Part shown: positions 9,644-18,326 of the stretch, in pieces | How positions within the stretch are numbered: position 1 is the first letter of the stretch | Layout: each line of letters opens with the position of its first letter | DNA from: an uncultured Candidatus Saccharibacteria bacterium | GTDB taxonomy: Bacteria > Patescibacteriota > Saccharimonadia > Saccharimonadales > AWTP1-31 | Direction of reading: 5' to 3' | Assembly: GCA_964409615.1 (NCBI GenBank) | Contig: CAYPDT010000001.1 | Location: forward strand, 653,102-698,658 | DNA length: 45,557 nucleotides | The notes under the pieces: model-generated | Seen by the model: the letters and a program-made list of their open reading frames with translations, nothing else | Told to the model about the DNA's origin: nothing | Database searches by the model: none | Made by a program: the position numbers and the translations under genes

Positions 9644-10135
9644 ATGCTAAACAAAATCAAAAATCGTAAACAGGAAGGCTTCACCATCATCGAAGTCTTG
9701 ATTGTGCTAGCTATCGCTGGTTTAATCATGCTTATCGTATTCCTAGCCGTTCCAGCATTGCAGCGCAATAGCCGTAATACACAGCGACAAGCTGATGCCT
9801 CTAAGGTGGCAACTGCCATCTCGCAGTGTCTTAGTAACAGGAATGGACAAGCCACAAGCTGCGATACAAGAGCCGAACTAGCCACTAATGGTGGATTTGA
9901 TTCTACTAAGTTACAACAGCTTATTGATGCAAATATAAACGTAACTGCTGCAGCTCCTGCAGTTCCTCCAGCAGGTCCTAACGAATTTAACTCAGCAACA
10001 GCTGGCTTTAATGCAAAATGTAACGCCGCTGGTGATGCACTTGATCCAGCAGGTGTTAGCCAACGACAAGCTGCTGTTCTGTTCCGACAAGAGAATGGAC
10101 AAGCCGGTGGTATCGTTCGCTGCATCGATGTCTAG
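9644..10135 (+). CDS. pilA: major type IV pilin (prepilin with class III signal peptide)
   Basis: MLNKIKNRKQEG|FTIIEVLIVLAIAGLIML: a G/F cleavage site, Glu at +5 and a hydrophobic alpha1-N helix. Its own SD and a strong terminator suggest high expression. Two Cys residues sit near the C-terminus. Confidence 0.8.
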   Translation: MLNKIKNRKQEGFTIIEVLIVLAIAGLIMLIVFLAVPALQRNSRNTQRQADASKVATAISQCLSNRNGQATSCDTRAELATNGGFDSTKLQQLIDANINVTAAAPAVPPAGPNEFNSATAGFNAKCNAAGDALDPAGVSQRQAAVLFRQENGQAGGIVRCIDV

Positions 10136-10155
10136 TAAAATGTAAGTTTGAGAAT

Positions 10156-10186
10156 ACAAAAACAACCCTTTGGGGTTGTTTTTGTA
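10156..10186 (+). terminator. intrinsic terminator after the pilin gene
   Basis: ACAAAAACAACCC-ttt-GGGGTTGTTTTTGT: a GC-centred hairpin running into a T-tract. Confidence 0.7.
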
Positions 10187-10201
10187 TGATAGGATTAAAC
10201 A

Positions 10202-11020
10202 ATGATTATACTAGTGCTTATCATCCTTGGCCTTAGTCTTGGGAGTTTTGTAAACGCACTTATTTGGCGTATACATGAAAGGCAAAATAAGAAGTCCAAG
10301 TATACCAAAAAAGAGCTATCTGTTATCACGGGCCGCTCAATGTGCGTACATTGTGGTCACACATTAAGTACCAAAGACCTGATTCCGGTAATTAGTTGGT
10401 TGAGTCTACGGGGCCGGTGCAGATATTGCCGAAAACCAATTCCTGATACACCTTTCACGGAGTTACTAACGCCCGCGTTATTTATTTTGTCATATACTTT
10501 CTGGCCACACTCGTGGGGTACTCAAGGGTTAATGCTGTTTGCTTTATGGCTCACGCTACTAGTTGGGTTTGTCGCTCTTTGTGTATACGACTATCGTTGG
10601 CAAATTCTGCCAGATAAGATTGTTGCAACCTCTGGTATCATCGTACTACTTCATGTCATTGTAGAGGTGGCTTCAGGGGCTGGTATGCAGCGGGTGATTG
10701 GTGCTTTATGGGGAATAGTATTCGGTGCGGGCATTTTTTGGCTTATTTTCCAAATCTCAGATGGTCGTTTAATCGGAGGGGGAGATGTAAAACTTGGTAT
10801 TGTATATGGAATACTTCTCGGGGGGCCAATCAAAAGCCTATTGTGTATCTTTATAGCTTCTTTGCTTGGTACACTCTTTGCTTTACCGGCCGCGGTAGCA
10901 GGTAAGGCATCTCGTACAACTAAGATTCCGTTCGGTCCATTTCTAATAGCGGCTACGGTAATTGTATATCTATTTGGTAGTGATATTGTGACTTGGTATC
11001 GCACGCTGGCTGGAATTTAA
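10202..11020 (+). CDS. pilD: prepilin peptidase / N-methyltransferase PilD (A24 family)
   Basis: An N-terminal Cys-rich segment (CVHCGH...CRYCRK), a polytopic membrane profile, and the catalytic-Asp contexts YDYRWQILPD and GGGDVKLG. Confidence 0.85.
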   Translation: MIILVLIILGLSLGSFVNALIWRIHERQNKKSKYTKKELSVITGRSMCVHCGHTLSTKDLIPVISWLSLRGRCRYCRKPIPDTPFTELLTPALFILSYTFWPHSWGTQGLMLFALWLTLLVGFVALCVYDYRWQILPDKIVATSGIIVLLHVIVEVASGAGMQRVIGALWGIVFGAGIFWLIFQISDGRLIGGGDVKLGIVYGILLGGPIKSLLCIFIASLLGTLFALPAAVAGKASRTTKIPFGPFLIAATVIVYLFGSDIVTWYRTLAGI

Positions 11021-11053
11021 GAAGATAAATACAGATTATCTATACAATGCTTA

Positions 11054-11062
11054 TGCTATACT
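11054..11062 (+). promoter_or_regulatory. extended -10 promoter (TGcTATACT) of the minor pilin operon
   Basis: GCTTATGCTATACT is nearly identical to GCTTATGCTATAAT in front of pilM. The ATG at 11069 is 6 nt after the -10, which predicts a leaderless transcript. Confidence 0.5.
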
Positions 11063-11068
11063 AAACCC

Positions 11069-11866
11069 ATGAAGCGTGGGCGCCAAACCCAAGGGTTTAC
11101 TATTGTAGAGACGATGATTTTCCTAGCAGTGTCGGGGGCGCTTTTGCTGTCTGCAATAGCGTTCATTACTAGTACGCAAAGTAACACTCAGTTTAACCAG
11201 GCAGCTAACGATGCTCTGCAGCAAATCAACGGAGTTATTAATAACGTTGCAGACGGCTATTACGCCGGAAATGATAATGTTATATGCAGTGTTTCTGGTA
11301 ATGCAATCACTTATGTTGGTACTGGAGCTGCAAATGCTCGTGGTACGAATGATAAATGTGTCTTCCTTGGAAGGGTTATAGAATTTGGCACTGGAGCTGC
11401 TGATGATCGGTTTACCGTTCATGATGTGGCTGGCCTACGCACCATTTCTAGTGGTGGGGCAGAAGTTGAGGTAACCGATATGGCAACTGCCAGCCCAACA
11501 TTGGTCACCGATACGGAACAAATCGTTACCTACCGCAACGGATTACGATTCGGTAAACTCACCCGGGGTGCAGTTGATGGATTCGATGCCGTAGGCTTCT
11601 TTGGAACGCTGGGCAAGGTGGTGAGTTCTGGTCTTAACGCTGGTCAGCTTCAAACAGCATCGCAGCAGAACGATTTTGTAGGTTTCAGGTATAACCAAAT
11701 CCCCGCCGGGGCTCTCAGGGGTGGCTATGTAGCTAATAAAGATGCTTCACAAGATGGTATGACATTGTGTCTGACAGACGGTGAACGACAAGCAGAAATC
11801 ACAATTGGGGGTCAGAGGCGTAGTGCTAATACCTCTATGGTGATTGGAACAGGTACATGCTCATGA
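11069..11866 (+). CDS. minor pilin / pseudopilin (prepilin-type N-terminal cleavage domain)
   Basis: MKRGRQTQG|FTIVETMIFLAVSGALLL: G/F site and Glu at +5. Confidence 0.7.
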   Translation: MKRGRQTQGFTIVETMIFLAVSGALLLSAIAFITSTQSNTQFNQAANDALQQINGVINNVADGYYAGNDNVICSVSGNAITYVGTGAANARGTNDKCVFLGRVIEFGTGAADDRFTVHDVAGLRTISSGGAEVEVTDMATASPTLVTDTEQIVTYRNGLRFGKLTRGAVDGFDAVGFFGTLGKVVSSGLNAGQLQTASQQNDFVGFRYNQIPAGALRGGYVANKDASQDGMTLCLTDGERQAEITIGGQRRSANTSMVIGTGTCS

Positions 11867-12312
11867 TACGCAGTCGCAAACAAGCCGGAGACACAATCGT
11901 AGAAGTCCTGATTGCCGCAGCCATCGTCGGTCTAGTTCTTACTGGTGCTTTTGCAGTAGCAAATGCAAGCTACAAACAAATCCGCATGGCACAGGAACGT
12001 GGTGAAGCTCAGCGTATTGCCCAGGGCCAAACGGAGCAGATTGAGGGCCTGGTACAAAGTAACCTACTGTATGTCACCAATCCAGCGCCGCCTAGTCCTT
12101 ATCCGTTCTGCTTTCACTCGACTACAGGGGCAGCAGTGGTTGCTTCTAGTGCTGACTGCAGCCAGGGTACGGATGGAAGGTATCGGGTTAGTATCGCACG
12201 AACAGCAGGGATAACAGATAATCATACTTTTACTGTGACGGTTACGTGGGATAGTCTTAAGGGACAGCAAGATAGGTTGGCGATTGACTACAGAGTAAAG
12301 GCAAATCCATAA
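11857..12312 (+). CDS. minor pilin / pseudopilin
   Basis: MLMIRSRKQAG|DTIVEVLIAAAIVGLVL: prepilin-like leader with Glu at +5. It overlaps the previous gene by 10 nt. Confidence 0.65.
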   Translation: MLMIRSRKQAGDTIVEVLIAAAIVGLVLTGAFAVANASYKQIRMAQERGEAQRIAQGQTEQIEGLVQSNLLYVTNPAPPSPYPFCFHSTTGAAVVASSADCSQGTDGRYRVSIARTAGITDNHTFTVTVTWDSLKGQQDRLAIDYRVKANP

Positions 12313-12929
12313 TGAAAAAACAGCGCCGTTTACATAATCAAGCAGGCTTTACCTTGCTCGAGTTGCTGATTGCGACAACAGTCTTTTCTGTGATTTTATT
12401 ATTGTGCACATACGGAATGGTGCAAATCGGCGGTACTTTTTATAAGGGCAGCACCCTTGTGCGAACTCAAAATGCCAATCGTAAGGCTATGGACACAATT
12501 TCACAAGCCTTGCAGTATGGTGGTAACGATGTGCGTACTAATGTGGGTGGTGGCACCGGGGTTATTGTCGATGCCGCGACTGGCTCAGGTGTATTTTGTA
12601 CAGGGAACCTACGGTTTAGATTCGTAAAGAACGAACCTGTTCGGTCGGGCCAAATTGCTTTGGTCGTCGATAACGAAGGTGCAGCGTGTGGTACTGGAAA
12701 TGCAAGTACAAACGATGATAAAGAGCTACTAGGCGATAATATGCGCATTACGAGGCTAGAAATAGTAGAGTCTAGCGGAAGTTATCGAATCCACCTTGCC
12801 ATCGGCTACGGCGATAAAAGCGTCTCCGAAGACGTCATTGACCCCGCAACCGGACTTTGTAGGGCGAACACATCATCTCAGTTCTGCGCCACATCTGAAT
12901 TTAACACTACTGTAATCCGTAGGGTATAA
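12312..12929 (+). CDS. minor pilin / pseudopilin
   Basis: MKKQRRLHNQAG|FTLLELLIATTVFSVIL: canonical prepilin N-terminus. TAATG overlap with the upstream gene. Confidence 0.7.
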   Translation: MKKQRRLHNQAGFTLLELLIATTVFSVILLLCTYGMVQIGGTFYKGSTLVRTQNANRKAMDTISQALQYGGNDVRTNVGGGTGVIVDAATGSGVFCTGNLRFRFVKNEPVRSGQIALVVDNEGAACGTGNASTNDDKELLGDNMRITRLEIVESSGSYRIHLAIGYGDKSVSEDVIDPATGLCRANTSSQFCATSEFNTTVIRRV

Positions 12930-14002
12930 TGAGCATAAGCATGAGTACGATGATTAAACCACGAGTAACGCAAGATCAACGGGGAATTGTTTCTATTTTA
13001 GTTACCATGATTATTATGATTGTCTTAACTCTGATTGTGACTGGTTTTGCGCAACTAGCTCGCAGGGAGCAACGTGCGGCGCTCGATAATCAGCTAAATA
13101 CCCAGGCATTTTATGCGGCTGAATCGGGTGTTAACGACGCTCGGCGAGCACGTACCGATGGTTTTAACGGAGAGAAAACAACCTGTCCGGCTGACCCTGC
13201 ATCACCATTCGTAAGTCTACGTAATAACAATGTGAGCGCCGACGGGCTAATTCAGTACAGCTGTCTATTAATCAAGAGTCGTTTGCCATACACACTTCAC
13301 CAAGTTAGTACTGATTCTTCGCGTATAGTGCCAATGAATACCTATAGCTCAGCAGGGGCGCTAACTAATGTCGGTTCTTTAGAGTTCGAGTGGACTGGCA
13401 ATAGTGGTTCAGCCCTCCCATCATCTGCACCAAACAGCTTGCCGCCACAAAGTGGTTGGGGTGGATCAAATCGTATTGGTATGTTACGAGTTGATGTTAT
13501 TCCAGTCCCGGGCTCGATTAGTGGTGCCAATCTTAGTGCTGGCATGATGACCTTTTTTGCATATCCACAAGGCGCAGCTGTATTAGGCCAGGTTGCATAT
13601 GGGGCAGGGAATGGTAGTATTGTTTCCGCTTCCTGCGATTCGGCCACGGGGCAGTGTAAGGCTACACTAACTGGCTTGGGCGCAGCCGGTACTTCTAAGT
13701 TCTATGTGCGAATCAAAGCTCTGTATAATTCTATTACAGTAAAGACTACCGCGATTGATGTTGGGGGCAATAATTTGCTCATCGAAGGTGCCCAGGCCGA
13801 GATTGATTCCACTGGTAAAGCAAATGATGTACTCAAGCGTATAAAAGTGCGAGTCGATGATGGCAGTGAAACATCCGGTATGGATAACTTTCCGGAATAC
13901 CCACTCGAAACGAAAAATGATATTTGTAAGAAGCTCGAAGTTTGGCCTGGCGGTGTGACAAATACTAGTCTGACGGCTTGTTCAATCGCGACTACACCCT
14001 AA
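12929..14002 (+). CDS. PilX-like pilus assembly / tip-associated protein
   Basis: The N-terminus QRGIVSILVTMIIMIVLTLIVTGFAQLARREQRAALDNQLNTQAFYAAESGVNDA matches the pattern of PilX N-terminal domains, with no Glu at +5. It is the last gene of the minor pilin operon. Confidence 0.6.
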   Translation: MSISMSTMIKPRVTQDQRGIVSILVTMIIMIVLTLIVTGFAQLARREQRAALDNQLNTQAFYAAESGVNDARRARTDGFNGEKTTCPADPASPFVSLRNNNVSADGLIQYSCLLIKSRLPYTLHQVSTDSSRIVPMNTYSSAGALTNVGSLEFEWTGNSGSALPSSAPNSLPPQSGWGGSNRIGMLRVDVIPVPGSISGANLSAGMMTFFAYPQGAAVLGQVAYGAGNGSIVSASCDSATGQCKATLTGLGAAGTSKFYVRIKALYNSITVKTTAIDVGGNNLLIEGAQAEIDSTGKANDVLKRIKVRVDDGSETSGMDNFPEYPLETKNDICKKLEVWPGGVTNTSLTACSIATTP

Positions 14003-14010
14003 TACGTAGG

Positions 14011-14925
14011 TTAGCTTTCTTTTCGATGAAACTTCTGGTGCACCGACTTTAGGTGTGGGTCGGTAACATGTGTGTATATCTGGGTAGTTGCAATATTGCT
14101 GTGTCCAAGCAGGGCTTGTACGCTTCTTAGGTCAGCTCCATTCATTAGTAAGTCTGTTGCAAAGCTGTGTCTGAGGGAGTGAGGCGAGACATGCTTGGTG
14201 ATACCTGCGAGTAGGGCATAGCGGCTCACTAGTCGCTGCACGCTTCGGGCAGTAAGCCGATGAAAGTTGCCGCTTAAATCGACTTTCTTCTGACCACTAT
14301 ATCGAATAAATAATGGTTTCACGTTATCATCTCTCTCTGTTAAATATGCATCCAGCCACTCAGCAGCCGCATCACTAATAAAGATAGGTCGATCCTTCTG
14401 GCCCTTACCGCGCACCATAAATTCACGTCGCTTTAGATTCACATGGTCTCGGTCGAGGCCGACCAGTTCACTGACTCGCAGCCCACTGCTAAATAGTAGT
14501 TCAAGAATCGCCCGGTCGCGCAACCCGCCAACTGTCGAGATATCTGGTTGTTCAAAAAGTCGTGAAAGTTCTTCCGGGTTTAAAAAAGTGACCTGTTTAC
14601 GTACCGTCCGGGCGAGTTCTATCTTAGCAGGGGCCAAGGCGGGGATATCTCGCTTTGCACAGTATTTTAGAAAACTACGGAGTGCAATCAGGTGATAGTT
14701 TTGTGTTGTTCGTTGCAATTCATCACTATGATTAGTGCCGAGCCTATTTAACCAAAGCCGCCATTTCCGTATTAGTTCGGCATCTATCTCAGTGATAGTA
14801 ATTTCTCCTGCATAATCTAGCAGACGCGTGAGGTAGTGGTCATAATTCGCAATGGTCTTTTGTGAACGGTTTTGTTCAATCTCGAGATATTCCAGAAAAT
14901 CGGTTTTGGCTTTTGAAAATAGCAT
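14011..14925 (-). CDS. xerC: tyrosine recombinase, XerC/XerD family
   Basis: C-terminal catalytic motifs: LRVSEL (Arg I), HSLRHSFATDLL (HxxR) and LGHSNIATTQIYTHV (the catalytic Tyr). An N-terminal SAM-like domain and a Xer-like size of 304 aa. Confidence 0.85.
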   Translation of the reverse strand: MLFSKAKTDFLEYLEIEQNRSQKTIANYDHYLTRLLDYAGEITITEIDAELIRKWRLWLNRLGTNHSDELQRTTQNYHLIALRSFLKYCAKRDIPALAPAKIELARTVRKQVTFLNPEELSRLFEQPDISTVGGLRDRAILELLFSSGLRVSELVGLDRDHVNLKRREFMVRGKGQKDRPIFISDAAAEWLDAYLTERDDNVKPLFIRYSGQKKVDLSGNFHRLTARSVQRLVSRYALLAGITKHVSPHSLRHSFATDLLMNGADLRSVQALLGHSNIATTQIYTHVTDPHLKSVHQKFHRKES

Positions 14926-14994
14926 AACCTTAGTATACCTTTAATTATTCAAGTTGCCTCTGTTATAATTGGCATATAACAGAAAAGGATATTC

Positions 14995-15504
14995 GTGGAA
15001 CAAACACTCATTATTCTCAAGCCAGATGCGCTGATGCGCGGTATTGTCGGAGAAGTCATTAGCCGATTCGAACGTGCTGGCTACAAAATAGTTGGAGCAA
15101 AACTACTCAAGCCAGATTATGAGCACTTTCACGGACATTACGAAGGCATCGGTACATTGATGACCCGTAAAGGTAAAGAGATTTTCGAGAGTACACTTTC
15201 ATCTATGCAAGATGGTCCGGTGATGGCTCTTGTCTTAGAGGGTGTTGAAGCCGTTTCAACAGTTCGTAAAATGGTTGGCGCCACCGAACCAAAAGAAGCC
15301 ATGCCTGGCACTATTCGCGGAGACTATGCCCATGTGAGTTACGGGCAAGCTTCGAGTACTGGTAAGGGTGTAGCAAATATCATCCATGCTTCAGCCACAG
15401 TAAGCGAGGCGAAACAAGAAATTAACCACTGGTTTAGCAATAGCGAACTATACGATTACCAAACAGTTCACGAGTATTTTACTCAACCAAAGCCTAAAAA
15501 ATAA
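14995..15504 (+). CDS. ndk: nucleoside diphosphate kinase
   Basis: EQTLIILKPDA, GTIRGDY and NIIHAS (active-site His). GTG start with the SD AAAAGGA 7 nt upstream. Confidence 0.9.
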   Translation: MEQTLIILKPDALMRGIVGEVISRFERAGYKIVGAKLLKPDYEHFHGHYEGIGTLMTRKGKEIFESTLSSMQDGPVMALVLEGVEAVSTVRKMVGATEPKEAMPGTIRGDYAHVSYGQASSTGKGVANIIHASATVSEAKQEINHWFSNSELYDYQTVHEYFTQPKPKK

Positions 15505-15532
15505 ATTGTCTCTTGGCAAATGTTCAGCAATT

Positions 15533-15559
15533 AAAAAACCTCGGTAACACGAGGTTTTT
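15533..15559. terminator. bidirectional intrinsic terminator between ndk and tRNA-Arg
   Basis: AAAAAACCTCG-gtaaca-CGAGGTTTTT: the hairpin is flanked by an A-tract and a T-tract and lies between two convergent genes. Confidence 0.65.
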
Positions 15560-15562
15560 GCA

Positions 15563-15637
15563 TGGTATCCCCAAACGGACTCGAACCGCTATCTACTCCT
15601 TAGGACGGAGGTATTCTATCCATTGAACTATGGGGAC
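15563..15637 (-). tRNA. tRNA-Arg (anticodon CCU), CCA encoded
   Basis: The reverse complement folds as GTCCCCA-TA-GTTC..GAAT-A-CCTCC-GTCCTAA-GGAGT-AGAT-AGCGG-TTCGAGT-CCGTT-TGGGGAT-A-CCA. There is one mismatch at the base of the anticodon stem. Confidence 0.75.
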
Positions 15638-15675
15638 CTACCAACAGATATATAGTATACCGTACTAACAGGTTA

Positions 15676-15704
15676 GTGTACTTCACTTCACGCTGGGGTA
15701 TAAT
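15676..15704 (+). promoter_or_regulatory. promoter (GTGTAC-17-TATAAT) for the gene starting at 15711
   Basis: TATAAT at 15699-15704 with the ATG at 15711 only 6 nt downstream. The -35 position carries the same GTGTACT heptamer as the pilM promoter. Confidence 0.45.
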
Positions 15705-15710
15705 GTGCTC

Positions 15711-16289
15711 ATGGCTAAAGCGTTAGCAAAAAAACAAAAAAATCACCAGAAATATTTCGAAGACCAATTCGATGACGAGACGGTGTTATTCATGTTCCGA
15801 AAACACCCAATTGTCATGAGAAAAGGGCTAATTTTAGCATGTCTAGGGCCTCTTATTGGCATCTTGCCAGCTGCCATCCGGCCTACCCTCGGTTTCGGCT
15901 GGTTCTTTGGTGGTCTTGGAGCGGGCTTTATCCTTGGCGCCATACTCCTACTTCCCGCATGGATTGCATGGTACTACAGTGTTTTTATCGTAACCGACCA
16001 AAGGTTTATACAGATTACCCAAAAAGGCCTATTCCATAAGAGTGTTGTAGACCTAGGTCTAGCCAAGATCCAATCCACAAATTACGAAGTGCGCGGCGTA
16101 CAGGCAACATTACTGGGATTTGGTACAATAGTTATACAAACTTATATGGGTGACATGGTTATTCATGAAGTTCACCACCCAGCTAAGGTTATTCGTGAAC
16201 TTTCTAATGTTCTCCGAGAACAAGGTATAGTTGCAGAAGATATCGAAACCGCCAACAAAGATCAAGATAGAGAAGAGGATGGTTCATGA
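15711..16289 (+). CDS. membrane protein with a bacterial PH-like (DUF304/bPH_2-type) domain
   Basis: Two TM helices followed by VFIVTDQRFIQITQKGLFHKSVVDL, the pattern of YdbS/YdbT-type PH domains. The start at 15711 is preferred over the GTG at 15705 because of promoter geometry. Confidence 0.55.
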   Translation: MAKALAKKQKNHQKYFEDQFDDETVLFMFRKHPIVMRKGLILACLGPLIGILPAAIRPTLGFGWFFGGLGAGFILGAILLLPAWIAWYYSVFIVTDQRFIQITQKGLFHKSVVDLGLAKIQSTNYEVRGVQATLLGFGTIVIQTYMGDMVIHEVHHPAKVIRELSNVLREQGIVAEDIETANKDQDREEDGS

Positions 16290-17341
16290 AAAAATACATA
16301 GCAAAAATTAGGAAGAAAGCCGATAAGGCTGGTAAGTCTGCCGAAGAGCAGGTTTCCTCAGCAGTTCGTATTACCAACGAGACCGTTGCCGAGCATCGCG
16401 AAGAAGTGCTCTCTAGTGCACGTAAATACATTTATCCACTGCAGCACTCCAAACACAAAATTGTCCTTATAACCACTTCTATCTTTATCGCAACGGTGGT
16501 AGGTTTCTTCGCTTACGCCACAACTTCATTGTACAAGCTCAAATCACACTCTTCATTTTTGTATGGGGTGACACGTGTTATACCGTTCCCAGTAGCAAAA
16601 GCAGGTAGTAATTTTGTAGCTTACGAAAATTATTTATTCGAACTACGACACTACATCCATTATTATCAGAACCAACAGAAGCTCGATTTCAAGTCGGAGT
16701 CTGGCAAGCAGCAGTTGGCTCAGTTCAAGAAGCGAGCACTCGAGAAGGTAGTTGACGATGCTTACGTGAAGCAACTAGCAAAAGAAAAGAAGGTATCGGT
16801 CAGTGAAGCCGAAGTTGATGCAGAAATTCAAGTCGTTCGAGCTCAAAACCGCCTCGGTGAGAATGACAAGGTATTCGAAGATGTACTAAAAGAATATTGG
16901 GGTTGGTCGGTTAATGATTTTCGCCGTAGCCTTAAACAGCAATTGTTAGCTCAAAAACTTCTTCCCGTGCTCGACCCAGAAGTGGTGAACAGGGCAAATG
17001 CTGCGAAGAAAGAGCTCGATGCCGGCGGAGACTTCGCTGCTATTGCCAAGAAGTATTCAGACGACGCCGCCAGCAAGGATAATGGTGGGGAGTATGGTTT
17101 CCCGATAGATAAGTCTAACCGCGATATAGCCGCGCAAACTACTGCAGCCTTGTTCAAGCTTAAGCCTGGGCAAGTATCAGACGTCGTGAATGCCGGCTAC
17201 AGCTTAGAGATTGTAAAGAATATCGAGATGCAGGGCGACAAGATTAGGGGTGGCCATATAACATTTACCTTCAAAGACATTAGTGCCTACCTCAACGACC
17301 TCAAAGACAAGAAAAAAGCCACACTCTACATCAAACCGTAG
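16286..17341 (+). CDS. membrane-anchored peptidyl-prolyl isomerase, parvulin/PrsA-like
   Basis: An N-terminal TM, a SurA-N-like helical region and a parvulin signature region: DFAAIAKKYSDDAASKDNGGEYGF ... GQVSDVVNAGYSLEIVK. Confidence 0.75.
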   Translation: MKKYIAKIRKKADKAGKSAEEQVSSAVRITNETVAEHREEVLSSARKYIYPLQHSKHKIVLITTSIFIATVVGFFAYATTSLYKLKSHSSFLYGVTRVIPFPVAKAGSNFVAYENYLFELRHYIHYYQNQQKLDFKSESGKQQLAQFKKRALEKVVDDAYVKQLAKEKKVSVSEAEVDAEIQVVRAQNRLGENDKVFEDVLKEYWGWSVNDFRRSLKQQLLAQKLLPVLDPEVVNRANAAKKELDAGGDFAAIAKKYSDDAASKDNGGEYGFPIDKSNRDIAAQTTAALFKLKPGQVSDVVNAGYSLEIVKNIEMQGDKIRGGHITFTFKDISAYLNDLKDKKKATLYIKP

Positions 17342-17352
17342 GCTTACCGTAT

Positions 17353-18246
17353 CTATTCAGTAGCCGGAAATCGCTGTTCTACCTGGGTCTTAAACCGCTC
17401 GACGATACCGTTAATCCCGCCAGACTTATATATATCGGTCAGTGTGCGCACATTCGCCCCGGCGCCAAAGAAGTGCATCACCCCACGAGTAATAAAGGCC
17501 ACACGCAGTTCGGTATCAGATAAGTCAGGATAATCATCAACCAAAGTGCCCTCTGGCTGTGTGACAAAACGTCTCGATTCTTTATAGCTTCCAATTCCGC
17601 CAACGTCTACTATTTTGGGTGACTGTGTAGCGGGTTCATATAGAATTTCAGTATCCCCAAACTCAAGCCCATAGTTCAAGGCAGTCAGTAGTACCTTCTC
17701 AAAACAAGCTGTTTGTATCCGGGCACTTGGAACATCCATAGCCTCTATCCCATGTATCCGGTCCATGACTAGTACAGGCAAAGGTCTTCCGCTGTCGACT
17801 CGAGGTATTTGCACTGTTTCAAAGTCATCAATCTGGGGCAGAGTGGTATTCTCTACGCGATATTCTTGGCCGGCATCCACTAACGCGTGTAACTTTGGGG
17901 CAACGCCGGCATCGCCCAGCAGCTGTAATAAGGCAGCTTCTTTTTCGACATAACTATAATATTCGGAATTTTTGTATACTTTATAGGCCAAACCATCCTC
18001 ATCTTCAAAGACTGTAGCACTAGACCCCTCATCCGATAGCAGGGTAAAGGACTTATCGGGGAATAGTTCCTGTACATATCTTGCACTATATGGCACGCTT
18101 TCCGGATAGCGAAGCTTAACTAGCTCAACACCCTCTGGTGGTTGATCAGGATATTCTGTACCATGTGCCGGTAGCTGCTCGAAAACAGTAATGGCATGCT
18201 GTGTGTAGGGTGCTTCTGGCCCGTGCTGTACTTCAGATTGAGTCAT
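17353..18246 (-). CDS. hypothetical protein with possible protein-kinase-like (RIO/APH-like) fold
   Basis: 298 aa from the ATG at 18246. Segments resembling kinase subdomains are GSSATVFEDEDGLAYKVYK, EKEAALLQLL, VLVMDRIHG, LEFGDTEILYEP and IVDVGG. The ORF-track start at 18297 falls inside the -35 box. Confidence 0.55.
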   Translation of the reverse strand: MTQSEVQHGPEAPYTQHAITVFEQLPAHGTEYPDQPPEGVELVKLRYPESVPYSARYVQELFPDKSFTLLSDEGSSATVFEDEDGLAYKVYKNSEYYSYVEKEAALLQLLGDAGVAPKLHALVDAGQEYRVENTTLPQIDDFETVQIPRVDSGRPLPVLVMDRIHGIEAMDVPSARIQTACFEKVLLTALNYGLEFGDTEILYEPATQSPKIVDVGGIGSYKESRRFVTQPEGTLVDDYPDLSDTELRVAFITRGVMHFFGAGANVRTLTDIYKSGGINGIVERFKTQVEQRFPATE

Positions 18247-18268
18247 TTTTGTTTTACTTTCTAAAAAA

Positions 18269-18297
18269 ATATTACCATAAAAACAGTATAAAGTCAA
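18269..18297 (-). promoter_or_regulatory. promoter TTGACT-17-(TGg)TAATAT
   Basis: The minus strand reads TTGACTttatactgtttttaTGGTAATAT, with an exact 17-nt spacer and an extended -10. It gives a leader of about 16 nt to the ATG at 18246. Confidence 0.6.
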
Positions 18298-18326
18298 TGC
18301 ACAACCGATGTGTATTCGGGTAGTTT

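Noticed and set aside
9583-10125. 180-aa minus-strand ORF covering the whole pilin gene in antisense
   Set aside because: It mirrors the Ala/Gly-rich pilin coding sequence, has no SD or promoter and no recognisable motif. The plus-strand pilin has a canonical prepilin N-terminus, so this is a shadow ORF.
14011-15637. Integrase plus tRNA as a sign of a genomic island
   Set aside because: The recombinase has a Xer-type size and motifs, which points to chromosome dimer resolution. It is separated from tRNA-Arg by ndk, and I found no direct repeat of a tRNA 3' end in the flanks.
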